Both the position numbers and the translations under genes were made by a program. 64,000 bases of DNA from Paramoeba atlantica (taxonomy: Eukaryota > Protista > Discosea): assembly GCA_977017575.1 (NCBI GenBank), contig CDRNVI010000153.1:1-64000 (forward strand), read 5' to 3'. The notes below the pieces were generated by a model that saw only the letters and a program-made list of their open reading frames with translations, was not told the DNA's origin and ran no database searches. The number at the start of each line of letters is the position of its first letter. The first letter of the stretch is position 1. Positions 24,501 to 38,745 of the stretch are shown piece by piece.

Positions 24501-27500
24501 CTTTTATTGAGGTTCACCTTTTCACTTTATATATTCCCATCCTTTTCTTTCAAAAAGAAAAAGAAAAAAAAAGAAATGACTTTTAAAGTGAGACTCATTT
24601 TGGAAGAACAGGATTACATTCGGAGAAAAGTATTTGGTCCTCATGAACAAAATTATCCTCGCTCCTCCACTGAATTTTTTGATACCTTGAAGAAATATGC
24701 AACTGTGGGTGATTGTGTATCTCTGAGTGATCCTTTTGATCTTTCTCAAAGAAGAAGAATTATTATGGAAGAGGGGTCCTTGAGTTGTTCTCAAAATTGT
24801 CTTGGAAATTCTCTTTGTCTCTTTGAACCTGCATGTAAATTTGGAGATTATGATTTCCGAATTGGGAATTATGAACAATTTGCAAAATCATTTATATCTT
24901 CTCCTGAAACTTGTGCTGCTGCTTCTTGTTCTAATTGTGTTGTAGAATCTCAGTCATGTGGCTTGTGTGTTGGGGGTGCTGATCCAGAGCGGTGTATTAA
25001 AGTTGAGGGAAGATCTTCTCAAGAAGAATGTGAGATTGGAGGAGGAGGGGGTTGTGTTGCTCCAAATGGAACCATTTACACCAATCTGACCAAAGAGGAA
25101 TGTGATTTGCTGCCAGTTTGAATTTTTTTTGATTGATTGATTCATCATCAATCTAATTTTAATCTGAATAATTTTCCTAATTCTAATTTTGACACCATAA
25201 GGGGGAGTGTTCTATTCAATGCCAAGACGAAAGATGTGTTTCCCAAAATTCTATGAATGGAGTTTGTGTTCTCCCTGGTCACACACAAGAAGAATGTCTT
25301 CATCTTGATGGGACAACATGGGAATCCTCCACTTGTTTATTTGAAGAGTTATCTGAATCTGAATGCCAAGTTTTGTATTTTTGTTCTCTTTTTTTTTGAT
25401 TATTATCTTAAATTATGTATCTCAATTAATCTTTTTTTTGATTTTGATTTTGTTTAACAGGGAACACTCCGATCATGGCAAAGTTGTGACAATCACCTTG
25501 ACTCACTTTCTTGTTCCTCTTCTTCTCCAGCTTCAATTTATCTTAATTGTCAATGGAGAAACTCACCTCGACCTTGCACAACAAAGGAAGAATGTGAAGA
25601 AGCAGCGGAATGTTCAGATTCATCTTGGTTACATGTACTTGAATCAGGAAAGAAAGGAGGATGTTTCTCTCCAGGAAATTTGATTGTAAAAGAAATTCCA
25701 AGTGAGCGCAACCGAGGTCTTTATTCTTCTGGTTCCTTTGTTGGGTATCTATCAGATGTGATATTTGAAAAAGAAGAATGTATTAATGAGAGACATTTTT
25801 GGATTGATGCAGCGGAAAACAAAGAAGAATGTTTGGAGAATGTTCTTGGGAGGTTTGGGTGTCTTTTGCCTCAGAGTAGATATCGAAGATTCTTTTTTTA
25901 TGATGAAGAGCAATGTGAGTGTAAAAAAGGGTTTTATCGTCAAATTTGGAGGTATTTTTGATTGATTTTGTTTCTTAATTTGTTTCTTTCTTTTTTTCTT
26001 TTTTTACCATTTATTATTTTTTGTTCATTAAAAAGAAAAAATCTCTTTCAACTTACAAAAAATCTCTCTTTCAGTTGGAATACTGGTCAGTGGAAAACTT
26101 CAGAGTTCATCCCATTCCAATGGATTGAGGAACAACCACCACCACTCTATGAATGGATTGATTCTCTTTCTTATTTTACAGTTGAAAGTTGGGTTTTGGA
26201 AAGTACAGCAGAGAGAACAAGTCTTTCTACTCTTTCTTCTTTGAATTGTCAACATAATTTTACTTCTAGTACTTTGAATTGGTTGGTTTGTGATTGCCTT
26301 TCAGATGGGATGGAAGGTTTATTGTTTTTTCTTTTCTTTTTTTCCCTTTCTTTTTTCTTTTCTTTTCTCTCTTTCCCCCCTCTTTTCTCTCTTATTCTTA
26401 TTCTTTTTTTTCTTATTTTAAAGAATGTGAAAATCCACCACCTTCTTCAAAGGTTGGATTTGGGAGAGCTTGTTCTGGACTTTCCTCAACATTTATTATC
26501 CCTTCTACCCACCTTATCTTTCAACAAAATTCTCTCAAGTTCAAACTCTCTTTTCTTGGTCTCAATTTTTTTTTTTTAATCACTAGCACTGACACACTTT
26601 TTCCAAAAAAAAGGGAGGGATGTGTGAATGTGGAACTTTCTTTCTTATCTCGTGATGGATACACGTTCATTCGATCAAATCCAACCGTTTCAGTGAAATT
26701 TGAGGATCCACAAACTTCAGGGATTGTGGTAAATCAACGAGGGGCAACTGTTGGATCTTTGGTGGGTGATGGTGTTGAAATTGAGCTCTCTTTTGAGTCA
26801 TTTTCTCAAGGATTTAGTTCTCTTAACTCTGTTGAAATTTGCATGTTTATTCGTAGTGAACAAAATGTTGATTGGGAAGCAGGGAATTTAGTTCCTGATT
26901 TTGGAATGATGGAAGATCAAGAGACAGTTCGGGTGTTGAATGCCGATTTGACAAATCAAAGTTTCTCAGGACATGAGTTTTGGTGTCTGGAAATCAAGGA
27001 CTATTCTAAATTTTTGGAAAGAAGTAGAACTGGTACTGTTATTTTCTTTCCTATTTCCCGTCAAAAGGATTCTTCTTCTCAGGATATTTATTCCGATCAA
27101 GCGAAGATTTTGGCATATGTTTTAAGTGGTTTCTATTGTACTCTCTTCATTCTCTTTTCAGTCCTTTTTCTCTTTAATTTAACTGCTGTTCGAACACAAA
27201 TGGGAGTTTTTGTCCCATTATTTTTTGTCTTATTATGTTCTTTCCGAGCGTCTTTCTTCATTCTTTGGCCTTTAGGAGAGTTAGAGGATGATCAAGTGGT
27301 GGAATACTTTCTTTTTGAAACTCCAACTTTTATCCTTTTTGGAGTTTTGTTGCTTTTAATTTATTATTGGACACAATTGCAACAGCAGTTTGTTTTTCTT
27401 TTCTTTTTTTTTCAATGTTTTTTTAATGAATGTTTTTATTTAGAGGAAAAGCACCAATTATCCGAGAAGTTTTCTTTACATTTTGTCTTCTCCTTTTATA

Positions 27501-28090
27501 TGTTGGAATAATCATTGCATTAATTCTCATATGGGAGGATGATAGTGGGACATCACCTTGTCCAGGAAGGTATGTCAAAGATGATTCGAGTTTGGAAGAT
27601 AATTTGAGAATTTTATCACTTGTTTATACTTCAATTGTTACACTTTTTACGATTTTATTGGTTGGGACTTTGGGTTATGAAGCTCGTGCTCTTATTCATA
27701 AGATAGCAAATGGTTTTTCTTTTTCTTTCCCCCCTTTTTTCTTTCCTTGTTTTTTTCTTGATTATTTAATGCTCTTTTCAAATAGGGTTTGGTACTGCTC
27801 TTTTCTACATTCCAGCTTCTCGTTTCGCGTTCATTTTCCTCTGCTTCTTTGTCCTTCGGTGCATTCTCTTTCTCATTCTCTACGCTACAAACATTGTTTC
27901 TGATATCTTCATCTTCATTCTCCTATTCATTTGTGAAATCGTCCCTTGTTCCATCCTCTTTGTTGAAATAGTTCTAGCTTCGAAAAAAGATTCCTCTATG
28001 GCTGCCTCTGATGATTCAACAGGAATGAGTGTGAGGACAGGCTCAAGGTCTTCTTTAAGTCGGAGTCGACTTAGCAGGTCGATGAATTGA
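21574..28090 (+). CDS. Giant membrane protein: signal peptide, Cys-rich ectodomain and C-terminal 7TM (TOM1/THH1-like) domain; roughly 15 introns
   Basis: Signal peptide MLNLSVLCFLFFFCALG. Exons are paralogous to the gene at 32852-38745. TM region ILAYVLSGFYC..FRASFF..FETPTFILF..YYW, loop SPCPGRY, stop TGA at 28088-28090. Confidence 0.85.
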
Positions 28091-28384
28091 ATCTTCTTGG
28101 TTGTTCATATTTAATAAAAAAATTTGAAGAAATTTATTGAATGAAAGATTGTATCAAATTAAGATAGTGTATCTTTTTGAAATTCTTTTTGTTTCCAATC
28201 ATTTTTTTGTTTTCACTTATATTGATTCGTAACAAATATTGACTTGGAGAAGAAAGGAATAAGAAAAAAGAGTTTTTCTTTGTTTTAAGATGGGAAGGCC
28301 AAAACACCATTGGATCTACTTTCTCCAAAAAAATTGCTCTTTTGAAATGATAACAATGAATAAAAAAAATTCAATTCATTAAAA

Positions 28385-28675
28385 AAAAGAAATTTGAACA
28401 GTTTGTTCATGTCCTTCTTCAGCAGCAATATAAAGAGGAGTTGTTCCATCCTTCACATAAAAAATAATAATAGATTAAAAAAAAAAAAGAATTTTTTTAG
28501 AACCTTTCTTTGCAAGATCAGGTTTTGCTTTTCCTTTTTCCAATAAACTTTGAACAATTTGTTCATCTCCATGACCAGCAGCAACTAAAAGAGGAGTGAA
28601 TCCATCCTTCTATTTTTAGATAAAAAAAGAGAAAAATGAGAAAAGAGAAAAGAAAACTAAAAAAATCAACAAAAT

Positions 28676-28706
<31 letters not shown>

Positions 28707-30620
28707 TAAAAATCTTTATTATCATCATTATAAAAAGTAAAAGAAAAAGAGAAGATATTCCAAACAAAAAGTCAAAAAAAAATAATAAAAAGAAGAAGAA
28801 GAAAGAAAGAAAGAAAGAAAGAAGAAGAAAAAAAAGAAGAAAAAAAAGAAAAAGAAATAAAACAATCAACAAAAACAACCTCAGTTGCAAGATTAACATT
28901 TGGATTTCCTTTTTCCAATAAAATTTGAACAATTTGTTCATCTCCTTTCAAAACAGCAACATAAAGAGGAGTTCTTCCATCCTTTACATTAAAAAAAATA
29001 GAAAAAAGAGAAAGTGAAAAAAAAGAAAAATAAGAAAATAAGAAAATAAGAAAATAAGAAAATAAGAAAATAAGAAAATAAGAAAATAAGAAATTTAGAG
29101 TTGCAGGTAAAACTCCATTCTTTTGAACAATTTGTTTATACCCTTCTTGAACAGCAAAGTGAAGAGGAGTTGTTTTATAAAGCTAAAGAAAAAGAAAAAG
29201 AAAAAGAAAAAGAAAAAGAAAAAATGAATATTGTAGTTTTTCAAAAAGAACAAGACAAAAAAAGAAAAGAAAAGAAAAAAAAAAAAAAAGAAAAAAAAAG
29301 AAAATAAAAAAAGAAACCAAAAAAAAAGAAAACAAAAAAAGAAAACAAAAAAAAAAAAGAAAACAAAAAAAGAAAAGAAAAAGAAAAGAAAACAGAAAGA
29401 AAAAATAACATTATGAGACAAATGATCTTTTTCGAGAATGTCAAAAAATATTGCAATTCGAATCCAATTTTGTTCCTTTAAAGCAATTTTGAAGAATTCC
29501 TTTGAAAATAGAAAATAGAAAAGAGAGAGAGAGAAGAGAAGAGAGAGAAAGATTCAAATAAAAAAACAAGAAACAATGAGGGGAAAAAGAAAAAGAAAGG
29601 AAAGAAGAAAAGAAAAATTCCAGATTTGGAACAAACCTCGAAAGATCTTTCAAAAAAATCATAATAGAAAACTTGAGAAGTTATTTCACCACCAAAAAAT
29701 ATGATCTTTTTTGAGAAACCAAAAACCTCAGATGTAAGATCAATATTGATGGCGGTGCTATTCAATAAAGATTGAACAATTTGGTAATGTCCTTTTTCAG
29801 CAGCAATATAAAGAGGAGTGTACCCTAATATATTTTGTTGGACATTAACAAAAAATGAAAAGAAAATTTCATTGACATTTGTAGTCTTTCAATAAAAATC
29901 TCAAATAAAAAGGTGTAATTTTGATTTTAAAAAAATAGTAATAAAAATGAATCTGAAAAAAAAAAAACCTTTCTTTGAGAATTAACATCTGCTCCTTTTT
30001 CCAATAAAATTTGAACAGTTTGATCATGACCATTTGGAGTAGCAATCTAAAGAGGAGTTTTTCCATTTATCTTTTTTTTGAATTCAAAAATTTGCAACAA
30101 TCCTGAAAAAATAATTTCTAAATAACAAAATACTCCCATACTTTCAAAAAAAAAAAAGAACCTTTCTTTTTGAATTCACTTTTGCTCCATTTTGCAATAA
30201 AATTTGAACTTTGTGATGTCCATTTTTAGCAGCAGAATAGAGAGGAGTTATTCCAATACACTTTTTTGTGAAATTAATTATAATTTCAATTTCTCATAAA
30301 CAAAAAACAAATTTTCTCCTCAAAATAAGACACACTCCCAAATTTGAAAAATCCTTGATTTCAGAATGAACATTTGCTCCTTTTTCTAATAAAATTTGAA
30401 CGACTTCATAATGCCCATTTTTTGCAGCAATTTCAAGAGGAGTTCCCCCACCCTTCTGTGATTCATAATTATCAAAAAAAGATAAAAAATTAAAATTAAA
30501 ACAAAAATTAAAATTAAAAAGCAAAACTTTTCTTTGGTGAACATTTGATCCTTTTTCCAATAAAATTTGGACAACTTCATGATATCCTCGTTGAGCAGCT
30601 ACAAAAAGAGAAGTCGCTCC
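28385..30620 (-). CDS. Ankyrin-repeat protein, about 8-9 single-repeat exons; the 5' end probably extends to a Ser-rich exon near 31060-31300 or beyond
   Basis: Repeated exons G.TPL..AA..GH..(V/I)V..LL.KG.N separated by T-rich introns. One exon (~29735-29830) has a 1-nt frameshift in an A-run, so it is either an assembly error or a pseudogene. Confidence 0.75.
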
Positions 30621-32851
30621 ATCCTTTTATAAAAACAAAAATTCGATAAGACAACACAACACCAACACCACAACAGATAAAGGAAATAAAAGACAGATAA
30701 AGACAACAAACAGAGAAAATAAAAAAATAGATTAAGAAAAGAACACAACCCCCAACACCAACACCAACACCAACACCAACACCAACACCAACAGACAAAG
30801 AAAATAAAAGACAGAGACAAAGAAAATAAAAGACAGACAAAGAAAAAACCTTAGTCAAGGGATCGTTAATTTGAAACTCTTTTTCTCCCAACTTCTGAAC
30901 AAGAAGGTTTTCCAGATCCAAAAAACACAAAAAAAAACACAACACCACAAACACCACAAACACTTTTCAAAGAAACAAGTCCAAAGATAGAACTCCTCCT
31001 CTCTCTCTCAGAGAGGAAGAGTTGTTGAAATTCTGAAAGAAAAAAAGAAAAAGAAAAAGAAAAAAAAACCTTCTTCTCTTTCCTGTTCCGATCGATTGGA
31101 ACCAAATCGCTTGGTGGTACCATTCTCCTCATCACAGAAAGAAGAGGGACCAGAGGGAGAAGAGGAAGAATAAGAAGAGGAAGAAGAAGGAGAAGAGGGA
31201 GGAGAAGGAGAAGGAGAAGGAGAAGAGGAAGAAGAACCAATCTTCTCTGGTTCCCCAAAAACAAAAGAACCTTTTTTTTGGCTCGTTCGGTGTCGTCATC
31301 ATCAATCGAATTATTTTTCAGTTTTCTGAAAGAAAAAGAAAAAGTGAAACAACCAAAAAATTTCGAAGAAAGTTCGCAGAGTTTTATTTGAAAGATTGAG
31401 GGACTCAAGGAAGAAAAATCGAAGAGAAAGAAAAGAGGAGCTTCCAACTTTCCATTTCTTACTATTATCGCAAATTGAGCCATCTCCACAAATGATAAAC
31501 GTTCTCCATCTTTTTATCGATTCTCTGAAAACAATGTTGAGAAAACGGAGGGTTGTTTTTGATTTTTTGAGATTTCGATGAAATTAAAAATCTCATCGGA
31601 TTCTTATTTGATTTCCAAATTCAGCGTAAAACAATTGTTGGATTCGCTCTTTCAATCATCATCGACTCTTGGCGAGTTCAGAGAGCCTTCTTTAAGTTGC
31701 ACTTTCCCGTTGCAGTTCTGGGTCAGATTGGACGCCATTTACTTGACTTCCTTCTACGATTTCTAGTAAAAGGGTTTTCAGCCTGAGATGCTGTTGCGGC
31801 AGAAAACGTCTTTTGATCGAATCTTGACAAATGGATAGGAACCAAAAAAGAGAGGGGGAAAAGAGCACAAGACAAGGAGGGAAAGAAGCTGGGGAGCATG
31901 AAAAAGAAAAGACAAATTCGTCCCAGTGGAACTCACAGGAAGAGCACTTTCCGCACATAAAAAGCACTTTCGTGCCGATTCTTCAAGAAAAAAACGATTG
32001 ACAATTCTCCAATCCTTTCAGTTATGATTTCTCTTCACTGGTGTTTTGCTTCTTCATGCCTGCACAACTCCCTTTCAACTACAGGGGGAGGAAAAAGAGG
32101 AAAAGAGGAAGAAAAAACAAATGAGAGCAGGAAAAAAGTGGAAGAGAAGGAAAAGAAAGAAAGTTCAAATGAGAATTTCTTTTTCTTTCAAAAAACAAAA
32201 AAAAAAATCAAAGGAAGATAGCAAAGAAAAGAGAAATGGGAGGTATTGAAAAAAAAAAAAGGGAAAACCTAAACAAAACGATTCTCTCCTTTTTTCGAAA
32301 ACGTCGACGCTCTCCGAAGAATCAACACAACAGCCCATCTGCACAAGCTTTATTAATTTAATATTCATGAATTCTAATTTTAAATCACAACTCAAAGAAA
32401 TCATATCAAAGATAAAGAAATAAATAATAAATCAATAATAAAAAACCTTTAATCCGAACATCTAAAAGATGACATCTGTGACAAAATCCAAATGATTTAA
32501 CAAAAACATTCAGAACAAGACCATCAAACAAAATAAGAATAATCCAATTGCCCAAAACCATTAGAAAAGAGAAGGAAGAGAGAGAGAGAGATGCAATTGG
32601 GGTTTGGCCCTCTGTGCTTCGAAAATCCTTCCCATAACAAATAATTTCAAACAATTCACCAACATCTGGTGGAGTTGTGTTAAAAAGAGAGAGAGAAAGA
32701 GAAAGAGAAGAAAAGAAAAGGGAAAGAAAAGAAAAGAAAAGAAAAGAAAAGAAAGAAAGAAAGAAAGAAAGAAAATACCAGAAAGAGAGAAAGAAATGGA
32801 TCAAACAAATCCCCACAAAAATGGGGTTACCGTAATGGACACTTTTCATTT

Positions 32852-35146
32852 TCAATTGCTCCCTGAAACTGATTTTGTGAGTCCATGAAATGTTGAAAAG
32901 TCCGTCTCTGAGATTACTATGTCGGTTGACGTTCCTCCAAATAAAGATCCACCAAAGAAAGAATCAATAAATTGAAGTACCAAGAACAAGAGGAGAAATA
33001 CTTCCGTGATCATCAAAGTAAGAAACATGTAAATTGAAGAAGTAAATTCCACTGCCAAAATAATGATAAACAAGAGACATCGAACGAAAAAGGAAAGAAC
33101 AATGATTCCTCCAATGCCTATCACAACCCGATTTGCGAGGCTGATGTTCTTTGAGATGTTGATCAATTTGTAGGAGTAATAGCAAAAAATGGCGCCCAGG
33201 ATAAATGTGACAAAAATGATTAACGATTGATAAACAATGGCCAACGTTCGTGTGTCTTCTTTTTGTTTGTCATATGAAGGGGCAACTCGCCCAGGACAGG
33301 CTGAATCTCCACCCACTTTTAGGATCACCTCAGAGTAAACAATTGTCACAACTAACCAAAGAGCCCAAACAAAGATTAATCCCAAAGTAACCACTCGGAA
33401 CATGGAAACTTTCCCTCCTCCAAAAGAAGGGTTGGAAGGAAGCTGTTTCCAATTCCAGATCGAGATAATCACCACACTAAAGAGGAGGAAAGTTGGAATT
33501 TCAAAAACAACAAACTCTGCAAGTTCCTTCCCATCAAAGAGGGCATTTGGATACCCAAACATGAAGACAACTCGAAAGATACAGAGAATAATAAACAAAA
33601 ATGAGATGATCCCCACCATCATCAGTTTGGGGAGATACACAACAAACAAAACCAGGTAGGCAGAGAGCAACATGAAACATATACAGTAACACACTCCTAA
33701 GGTGTACATCAGAGCCCGTGTTTGTTGAGAGGTATAATCATTCTCCTTGTTCTCATAATCTTCAACTCGTTGGATTGGATACAATCGAATCTTGTTTTTG
33801 TCCTTGCCCCGCTTTGGAATCTCTGAGACATGAACTGTTCCACACCAAAACTCTGACCCAAGAAAAGTTTCAAGAGTGACATTTTTCAATCCAAGGGGAC
33901 AAATTGATTGAATCGGACCCTCAGAAAACCCAAAATCCTTAATTGGGTATGAGGATGTATCTGTTTGATTCTCAGAAATGAGAAGGCAGATGAAAAAATA
34001 ATTCACTTTTTCCAAAGCCGAAAAGCTGAGTATACTCCCGTCCCCCCGAAGAATCCCAACGAAAGCAGATTTCTGATTTAACACAATCCCATGGGAATGT
34101 TTCTCCTCAAATTCAAATGAAATACTTGGTCTGTGGGGAGGAACAACAAACCAAGCCTCTTTGACAAAAGATAAATTGACCAATGTACAACTCTCAGTAA
34201 TGCTGCCCTTGGTAAAAGAAACTCGTGACGATGGGCTTTTGACAAAAGACTCTTCAAGGGTACAAGCACTTGTGAAACCAACTTCCGTTTCCACTTGATC
34301 AAAAGTTGCTGTTTCAGAAAAATAGCATCCAGAATCACTAGAATTTGAGAAACAATCACAGACCAATGTATCCAAGAAAGAGGAAACAGTTACACTTTCA
34401 CAAGTCACTTCTGATTTCAAGGCATAAGAAAATTTCATTTCTTCGTTTGTTTCCAACCACCTCTGCAAAAGGTCAATAGACAAGGCAGGAACCCATTTGT
34501 ACTTTTGAATCGGCTGAACTTCTTTCCATTGAAGTGTTCGTGAGACTCCATGCTTTGCCCAAACCCCATCTGTCCAGTCCCAGGCATACTTAGACACTCC
34601 ATCATGACATTCACAATCTTCATCACCCATCCAAAGTAAACGTTCTTCTATTCCTGGCAACTGACATCCATAACGAGCTGATGAATTCCTGTTGAGACAT
34701 TCCATTTCATTCATAGCAGGTGTAAGCCACATCTGCAAACTTGAATCATCATCATCTTTATCCACACAATCAGCAGGTTTTTCAACAATACGGGATTGAC
34801 ATCCAACAAGGGGGATCTCTGGGGGCAAATCACCACGACAAACTTCATTGAGAAAGCATGCTCCAAATTGAACGTGGACAGGGTGTTCATCAGATCGAAC
34901 AATTGTTGTCCAGGATCTATCAGTACAGTGCCCAGAATTTTCGCACTCTTCTTGAGTTGTACAAGGGCGCCATAAGTCAATAAAACATTTCAAATATCTT
35001 TGGTATGCATCGCTCCCATCACAAGATGTTGTTGGAAGGGACTCGCACGTTTCCCAAGTTAAAGGGGGGGAAATCACTGAGGATAACTGATTGGGAAAAG
35101 GAAGTTTTTTTTTTTTGAGAAGGCAATATTTTGGAAAGATTGATTG

Positions 35147-35200
<54 letters not shown>

Positions 35201-38200
35201 TGACCTCAGCACAAGTGGATGATGAACTGTGGGATAAAATCACACAAATACTATCTTCATACCAAATAGCAGTGACCCCAGGAAAGCTATTCTGAAGCTC
35301 TTCACAGGCACTCTCAGAATGAACAGCACTCGTAGCTGCAAAACAAGCACCATTAAGTCTGTCTAAAGAGCGACAGCTTTCCCCTGGACAATCAACCGAG
35401 CAAAATCCAGCTTGTGCCTCACACTCAGCCTCATTTAAACCAAAAATAACGGACCCACCCACCAATTCACATGCCACTGTGTTTTCACAAAAATTTTGAT
35501 CACCAGCCACATATTGACAATCTCCTTCATCTTTTCCAGGGCAGTAAACACAATGACTCCCGCCACACTCAACATCATCAGGAAGCCCGGTCACAGGGCA
35601 GACAGTTGGGGCTGAAGAACATTCCTCCTCAGAGGAGGGCAACAAATGATAAGTTGACCAGCATTTAGCCATACAGGATGCAACTCTCTGCTTGCAAGAC
35701 GTTCCAAGGCAATGCACAGAGTGACAGAGCGTTCTGACACCATTTTCATCATCGGGAGGAAGGCCAAGTTCTTGGGCTTGGCATGCAATGGAACTCTGAT
35801 AAGAATACCGTGACCGCAAAGAGATATTCAGGGGTTCATCCAGAACAAGACAATCCACCTCAGTAGCCGCAGTTTTGAGAGCCTGAAAATAAGCTTCCGA
35901 ATCGCGAGGCTCAGAGGTAATTTCTGGAGGAAGAACATGGACACGCAAATAGTCTTCTAATGAGGGACTCATTTTGTGAACATAACATCTTAGGAAAGCA
36001 TCTTCGACTTCTTGTGTGGTTCCTATGTCGCACCTTTTGGTCTGAGGGTTACACCTCCCAGACCATTGCCCACAATGAATATCGGCAGCACAATCTATTC
36101 CCTTGAAATTATCTGGTTCATACAAAAATTAGCCCCCTACAAAGCACACAGGTGTATTGCGCGTGTTAAAAAAAAATCCAGCAGAAATAATAAACCTTGA
36201 AACCCTACTTCACGGAGACACACCCGAATCACCTTCTCTAGTTCTCTATCAAGGACAATAGCAAATTGATTTTCAGGGTCCTGGAATCAAACAGTGATTA
36301 TCAGAACAAAACGAAATTGGGGATAATAAAATGAAAAAAAAAAAAAAGGAGACATTGATGCCCGCGGAACATCCTCCTTCTAGGAGCTCATTCTTTAGAT
36401 TAAAAGAAACGGCAAAATCTTCAAAATATGTATCAGCACATTCAGGGACGCCACACATTGATGAAGAAGAATCTACAGGGCTAAACTGCTCTTTCTCTCG
36501 TTCAATTGAAATTGGGAGACAACACGCGACCTCCTGGTACAAAAAAAAAAGAGTGAGATGAGGGAGAAAGTGTGTGTGTGTGTGTTGTGCGTGTTGTGTT
36601 GGTGTGTGGGTCAAAAAACATTGTCAAAAACCTCCAGATTGGAATTACAACAAGCATCCTCTTCCCACTCAGTTGTGCCTTCATCATATTGACAAAAAAT
36701 TTGACCCTCGAAGGTGACATTCTCGGGGTGGATCCTCATCACTTCAAGAGCAGCAACTGTACAGGAAGTAACAGCATTCTGAGTCTGTAATACATCCAAC
36801 GAATACTAGTTTAAAAAGAGAGATTAGGAAAAGTTGTTGTGTGAAACAGCACAGCGCCCTTTCAAAAAAAAAAAATAACTAACTTTGTGAAATTGAAGGA
36901 AATTCAATGAACTTGTATTTTGGACTCTCGCCAGCTCGAGCTTCACAAGATCATTGAGGGAATCATAGTTTGTTTTGTTACACAGAGGTCCATGGTCGAG
37001 CGTGAAGGAGGAGAATGAGATAGTTGGTAAATAAGTACTGGATGAGGCCTTGTGGGTCTTATTACTGAAATCAAGCCCATTGTTTGGAAGCAAAGGAGGT
37101 TCACCCAATTCATTTGTGATATAACTTAATATTACAGAGAAATCATCCAGTTCAGAACGATCGAAATAGACAACTTTTTCAACAGTTAGAGGAATAACTC
37201 CAACCAAAGTTTTTTTGAGTAGGTGAACATTTGTTTCATTGTAATACAATCCATAGAGATCTGTGCTATGAGTATCCGAAAGTATTGTCATGCGCGGAGG
37301 CCAATGGATCAAAGGGTCAGAAAGTGGAGGAACTATCGTAAGTTTGCATTCCGTTGGCCAACATGTGCTCTTCGTGGTGCCTAAGACCCCCAAACTCATT
37401 GCTTGGAATCCTTCTTGATAAGTCATTCCAAAAGATGGAATAGATCCAGGTCGAGGGATTAAGGGAGTCAGATGAGGAAGAGCAACTGTCGAGAAAATGA
37501 TGGATCTAGGAGATGGAAAATAAACGCTGGCTGCACAGCGGACATATGAAGTAGAAGTAGAGCATATTGGGAAGGAAAGACGATTGTCTCCTTTGGTCTG
37601 ACTTTCCAAAAATGCATTCGCAAAAATAGGGCTGGATGAAGTATCTCTGGGAATGCAATAGACCCATGTACTTTGATCCGAAGTTTCTCCATTCCCAGCA
37701 AAGGAAACTTGGTGACACCCTATTTTTACCGCGCCCCCAAAAATGATTAGGAAATAAATTTTCAATAAAAATTAAGAAATCAGAAAAAAGAATAGAATTA
37801 ATGGGAAAAAACCGACCTGATGGAACTGGAAGAACGAAATCATAATTGGGATTTCTGTTGGGAACCAAGATTTCGAACGATTCAGTATCCTGGAGACAAG
37901 TTCGACCATTCTTTTCCTCCTCAGGAACATCGTCACAAGAAATTCTCCTCGGGGGGGGTTGCAAAGGGTAGTTTTGAGGAGAGAGAAGGATTTCAACATA
38001 GAAAGATGCACTGTAGAAAGAAGTAACTGCCAAAGAGTAGGTCCCCAAACTATAATCAGCATGAAGACTTGGGCAAACCACGAATGAGTTTTGGATAAAT
38101 CTGAATGAGATTGGTGGGAGGGACCCTTTGAACCAGCTGCCAGTCTGTTGATCAGGAAAAGCGTACAAATTGGAGAGAGAGAAAGTAGGAGCCCCATAGA

Positions 38201-38745
38201 AAGGACGAATGAAAATTTGGAACGGCTGGCAATAGGCCTCTTCAGGGACAAAAAACCGGAAAAATACTGTCTCGAGCGCTTGAGTATCAACAACAGGAGA
38301 TTTTTTTCCAAGAGATAAAGAATGATAAGGAGTGGAAGACTCACACCACTCCTTTACTTGATCAAAAACCTTTCCTCCCACTTGTGCTGGACCACAACAC
38401 TTCACATCATCACACCCTGTTGGCTTGAAAAAAAAAAAACTGGTGTCAGCAAGAAATCTATCTCAAAAAAAAAGTGCAGATTTTTTCAAAAACCTGTTGC
38501 GACGACCAATCACATGGAATACAATCCGATGGTGGACATTCTTGTTCAGCTCGCCCACACAAGAAAGATTCTCTGGCAAGATAGAGGTCTTGATCAAACT
38601 CCATTTGAAGTACCACCAGCTCAGAATATTCCCCTCCAGTTGTTGCATTGACAAACCTCACTTTTTGATCAAGGAGCTTTGGACGAATTGTTAAAGATCC
38701 AACAAAAAGAGAAAAAAGAACAAACACCAACAAAACGGTACGCAT
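32852..38745 (-). CDS. Giant Cys-rich ectodomain + 7TM protein, paralog of 21574-28090; roughly 7 introns
   Basis: ATG at 38745, signal peptide MRTVLLVFVLFSLFVGS. Long ORFs of 299, 313, 368 and 786 aa. Seven hydrophobic helices at the C-terminus, with FRVVF, FEIPTFLLFS, CPGR loop and TM7 ITEV motifs. Confidence 0.9.

Noticed and set aside
31260-31285. Programmed frameshift between a DDDDTERAKKK frame and a Ser-rich frame upstream of the ankyrin gene
   Set aside because: It occurs in a homopolymer run with a possible GT donor. An assembly indel or an intron is more likely.
32030-32850. Small spliced gene between the 7TM gene and the ankyrin gene
   Set aside because: Exon-like pieces exist, but I could not assemble a consistent reading frame.
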